A stretch of DNA of 59,774 nucleotides, the filler included, from Bipalium vagum (Eukaryota), in the NCBI GenBank assembly GCA_037834085.1. It is 3 parts of 3 records of this genome, joined end to end, with 100 filler letters (N's around TTAATTAATTAA, not from the genome) between each part and the next. Parts side by side here need not be neighbours in the genome. Positions count along the whole stretch, not along the records: positions 38,591 to 59,774 come from JBBMKC010241075.1; 2 more parts are not named here. One strand, 5' to 3'. The notes beneath the pieces are model-generated. The model saw only the letters and a list, made by a program, of their open reading frames with translations. It searched no databases and was not told the DNA's origin. This document shows positions 55,431-59,774 of the stretch, in pieces (the first letter of the stretch is position 1; each line of letters starts with the position of its first letter). The position numbers and the translations under genes were made by a program.

Positions 55431-57128
55431 AAATTTCAAAATATTGCTAAAAGATAATTTAAAAATTTAATAAAATAATAAATAAATTAAAGATTATTTA
55501 TATACTAAACTGAAATGCAGAATTATGCATTTTATTCCCAAATGGGACATGCAGTTATGCATAAATATTGTTAAGCATTCACAACAGTGGATTAAACATT
55601 AGGAAGCATGGATTTAATAAAGAAATAAATGAATAGAAAAAAAATGATGAATATAATTAACGAATAAATTTAGCTTTTAATTTTTAATGAGAATATCAAT
55701 TTTATATTTAATTAAGAACATCATGAATGATATACTTCTAATGTTACCTTAAAAAAACCTTAACTGGGCATTACTTTTTTATGAATATTCACTATATTTA
55801 TAATATTAAGATTCATTTTCAAAAAATATATTTTTAAAGGCCATATTTTCATAAGTAATAAAACAATTGTGCGTAACTTTCCCGCGGAGTATATTTTATT
55901 TTAGTCTACTGTTAACGGAATTAAAGTCAAATTATTTATACCAGTCAATGTTTATATTAACCAAACTCACTAACGATCTTACTCCGAAATGTATTATTGT
56001 TTTGTTCGTTAATGATGAAAAATCGATAAACAATTTCACCGCACCACAGTTATCAAATCAATGTTATGAAATTTTCCAAAGATGAAGAGTACATGCACAG
56101 AAATACGAAAATAACATACAAACAAAAATTGATTTGTGACAAAAAATAAATTACTGTTAACCGATTTAATTAATTATTGTTATGTTCCTAATAAAATATA
56201 TATTTGAACTTAAAAATCGATTTCAAGGAAGATACAATGGAATTACTGAAACCGCTGACGGCTCGGGGTCTTCGGTAACATATCCTGAGCCTTTATGGCA
56301 TCCGATAGTTCAAAGGCTCGCTCGAAGCCCGATCGTAATCCTTAACATATGAAATTAAATTTTATATCTATAGTTACCCCTTAAATATTCAAATCACTAT
56401 CGGATTCAGAATTCTTGTACAAACTATTTAAAATTATTAATAACCTCTTCCACGTTAAAACTGTCGTTAATCACTTACAAGCAATAACCACTTCAACAGT
56501 AGTCTGGTCTTAGCTCTGATTAAGAGATTTCAGCGTTTTGAAATAACAAGTTTTTTGGAGCTCTTTAAATACCGTTTTTTTCTTTTGACACTCTCGTTGT
56601 AATCCCCCAAAACCATCAGTTTTGTCAAATATTGGCATTAGCTCATACTTGAGCGATCTGTTACCGACTTTGTCCGTTGAAGTATAAAAACAATGATAAA
56701 CAACTCAAGCCCGATATCTTTGATATTGAGTAGATAATTATGGAAATTCCTGTCATGATAATTATTATCTTACAGATTATTTTTTATATTAATTAATTAA
56801 TTAATATACTTTGTATTTATAATTATTTATTAAAAATTATTATTATTATCTTTCTTTATTCTACGCAATTAATTATATACTTTTATTATAGGTCTTGTGG
56901 TCATCGATGTTATCAGTTTACCTTTAAAAATCCAAACATTCGATTTTTGTCAATATTATACGCCAGAAATTTAATTTAAAACAAAATTTTTCATTATAAA
57001 ATAATAAACAATTTTATTAATAACAGCCAATGAAACAAAGTGTCTCATAAGCTTTATCTTTATCTTAGTCCTATAATTCAATAAAAAATTTGATAATATG
57101 GTAAATTTATTATAAGTTTTAAATTATC

Positions 57129-57700
57129 TACGTTGGGAGTGGGATAAGTATCCGGACTAGGTATGAAAAACAAGTGTTCGAATTACTTTTTTAACACACA
57201 ATATGCATCAGAGGTAGATTTATTTCTCAATATAAGAATCTTCATTCGCAACACATTTCTCCCAACGTGTGACCAGCTCAAAAAGTGCCTTTTCGAAGAA
57301 TTTTGTAGTTTGTTTTTTCAAGAAATTCTCGACCTGAACTTTTAAAACTTGTGAGGACTAGAAGATTTTACCACCCAAAGTCAAAAATCGCTTTGAGCCA
57401 GTTCAGGACTGTAAGGCGGATTGTTGAGAAATTAAAACTGAGAATCAGCAATTGTTTACCACCGTGGCCTCCTCTGAAGAAAACAATAATGAACAATGTT
57501 GATTGAGTCGTTTTTTGCGAAGTCAAACTTGAGGGTCTGTCAACATGCAGCAGCGACGGTGTGATGCTTTTGGTCGCAACTTTCGCGGTGTGGAGTCATC
57601 AAGAAAATACCATTCGGATGAATCGCGTTTAGTGGAGGATTATATAAACTTAAGGGAGTTTCGTTCATTCTAAATAGCTGATCCTTCAAGGCGATTTTTC
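57129..57700 (-). mobile_element. Mariner 3' fragment with terminus
   Basis: NNPPYSPELAQSDF...FFEKALFELVTRWEKCVANEDSYIEK*; TA+CG terminus at 57129. Confidence 0.75.
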
Positions 57701-59774
57701 TGTCACCCTCAATAATTATAAGTTAAATTTCATAATGAATTTATTAACTATAAGTACTTAATTCACACTTTATTTCTAAAAAGTTCAAATAGAGTTAACA
57801 GTTAAACATTGAATTCTATCAGTTAAAACGTTAGGAAAGATGATTTTTTCAAGAAAAGTTGCCTCTAAGATTAGATTGGTTGCTAATAAGAGGAAACAAT
57901 TTTTGATTAGCACCGGATTAAAAAAGATCAAAATTTTCTTTAAGGTATTTCTCCATTACTTCGAAAGAAGTGGCTTATTTTTTCTTGAATCTTTATCATG
58001 CGAATTTATCCATAAGATATGGTTTTTAAATTGAACTTTAAAGACGTGAATTAGTAAGCATCAGCAAGTTGCAAGATTTCACTTAAGCCATTAGGAATAC
58101 TACATTATAAATTCTTTCTTTTTAGTAGAAAGTTTTTGACGTTCATTGATAGCTTTCATCCTCCTCCAGAATACCTATGTCTTCCAGTATTGAAAGTTGC
58201 TATAATTCCCTCTTTATTTAACCATCTTTTTTGCGGCCCTTATGTTTTTATTTTTTATTTATTTTTAGATTATGCATTTATTAGCCTTTATTAGATTTCT
58301 TTTATTCATTTTATATTACCTTATAGCTTTAATTTTGTATAATTTGCTATATTTTTATATTTCATCTAAAAAGGGAAAACAATAAATAGTTCAATAAATG
58401 CATATTTCATCTTTCCAAAATTTTCGAATATGCTCGTTTATTTAAATATTTTCCTAAATTAATGAGCCCCGTAGTCGATTTCTAACGCTGGAAAAATGAA
58501 ATTCAATGGGGCATTATCTCAAGATTTATAGTATATATGTGGAGACCACGACCAAGTCCACCAAAGCCACCAGTTTCAATTCAAGCAACTCCACCAGAAT
58601 CGTCAATCCTTCAAATCAATCCAGAGCAGTGATGACAATAGTGACATATTATAATCCCTTTGTGACATCTTTATTCATTCGACAATTATTGTACATTTTT
58701 TAACAATTATGTGTAATTTGTGACAATTTTGTTATTCTTTTAATATTAGTATTGAATACATGTATTACAAATCGATTTTGACTGATTCATAATAAATAAT
58801 AAAACGATAATTAAATAATAATAAATAATATAGAAAGAAAATGGAATATTGTAAGATGGTAAATAAAACATATAATATCTTGATAAATTATATGTAGGAA
58901 TTATTATTGTAATTATATTTATTTATATTTTAAGAAAATTTATATTAAGACAACAATAACTTACTAATAATAGAAATCAGGAAAGACATTTTATAAGAAA
59001 ATAGTAAAAATAGAAGAAAAAGAGATTAGCAAAATTATATTAAGGAAAAGAAATTTACTAATTATAAAGAAAGGGCAAATGGAATCATATAAAAGAGAGC
59101 AGAGATTATAAGAAAATCAGACAAAAAAATATAATAAAACTCAGACAAAACTAGATTGAACAAGAGTGAGACTAAAAATCAGACTTCAAAGAAAGCTCAG
59201 CAATTCAAGTCAAAAACTGATTCATTCCTACACTAAACAGACTGCTACAATAACTGTACCATTCAAGTTACAACCAAATCTAGTCCTACTTAAAGCAACG
59301 TGCAAAGATTGCTAACCTAGCTCAAAATCCTACGTAAAAATACCGCTATAAAAAGACCAGACCATCCATCGAAAAAACTACAGAAAAACCAAACGAAGAG
59401 AACAGCGCTCAAAATAACAGGAACAATTACTGCTAGACGACGCAAATTAGAGCAAGTGAACCCTGCCAAACGAACGAGGACCACGATTTCAATCGCCAAA
59501 ATTATATACCCCTTAGGTTGCAAAGTAAAAATTATTTTTAGCTTGACACATACATGTTTCAAAGTTTAATTCTTCAATAAAGCGTTCTTATAATATTGGT
59601 ATTTTATTTTAGCAGTGTCATTTCCATTACGTATTTAAAATTTTTTTTTTATCCAGTATTAATCCGAAAGCCATACTAGACGTTTCATATTTAAATTTTT
59701 GTTTATAGCTTGTTACAATAATTGTGACAAAGTTTTTATTGCTATTCGTATATATAAATTCGTATATATATATA

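Overview
Very AT-rich eukaryotic (animal) genomic DNA with many 46-60 nt GT-AG introns, (AAT)n microsatellites and a dense load of degenerate Tc1/mariner DNA transposons. This profile is compatible with a planarian/flatworm genome, but the taxon is inference only. Five spliced host genes can be reconstructed by hand. They are a divergent G-protein beta subunit (minus, partial), a complete 3-exon cathepsin L with an unusually long N-terminal prodomain (plus), the C-terminal half of AMPK alpha (minus), thiamine pyrophosphokinase (minus, last exon missing) and the Sec7-end/PH part of an IQSEC/BRAG Arf-GEF (minus). Two gaps carry an artificial 44N-TTAATTAATTAA-44N linker, so gene order across 17889-17988 and 38491-38590 may not be biological. 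I found no convincing new multi-gene system. The most unusual items are a TIR-bounded IS630/Tc1-like element with a probable 46-nt spliceosomal intron in its catalytic domain, a DD39D (plant-mariner)-type transposase relic, a full-length DD41D element, and an unclassified ~1.1-1.4 kb non-coding repeat present twice in inverted orientation.
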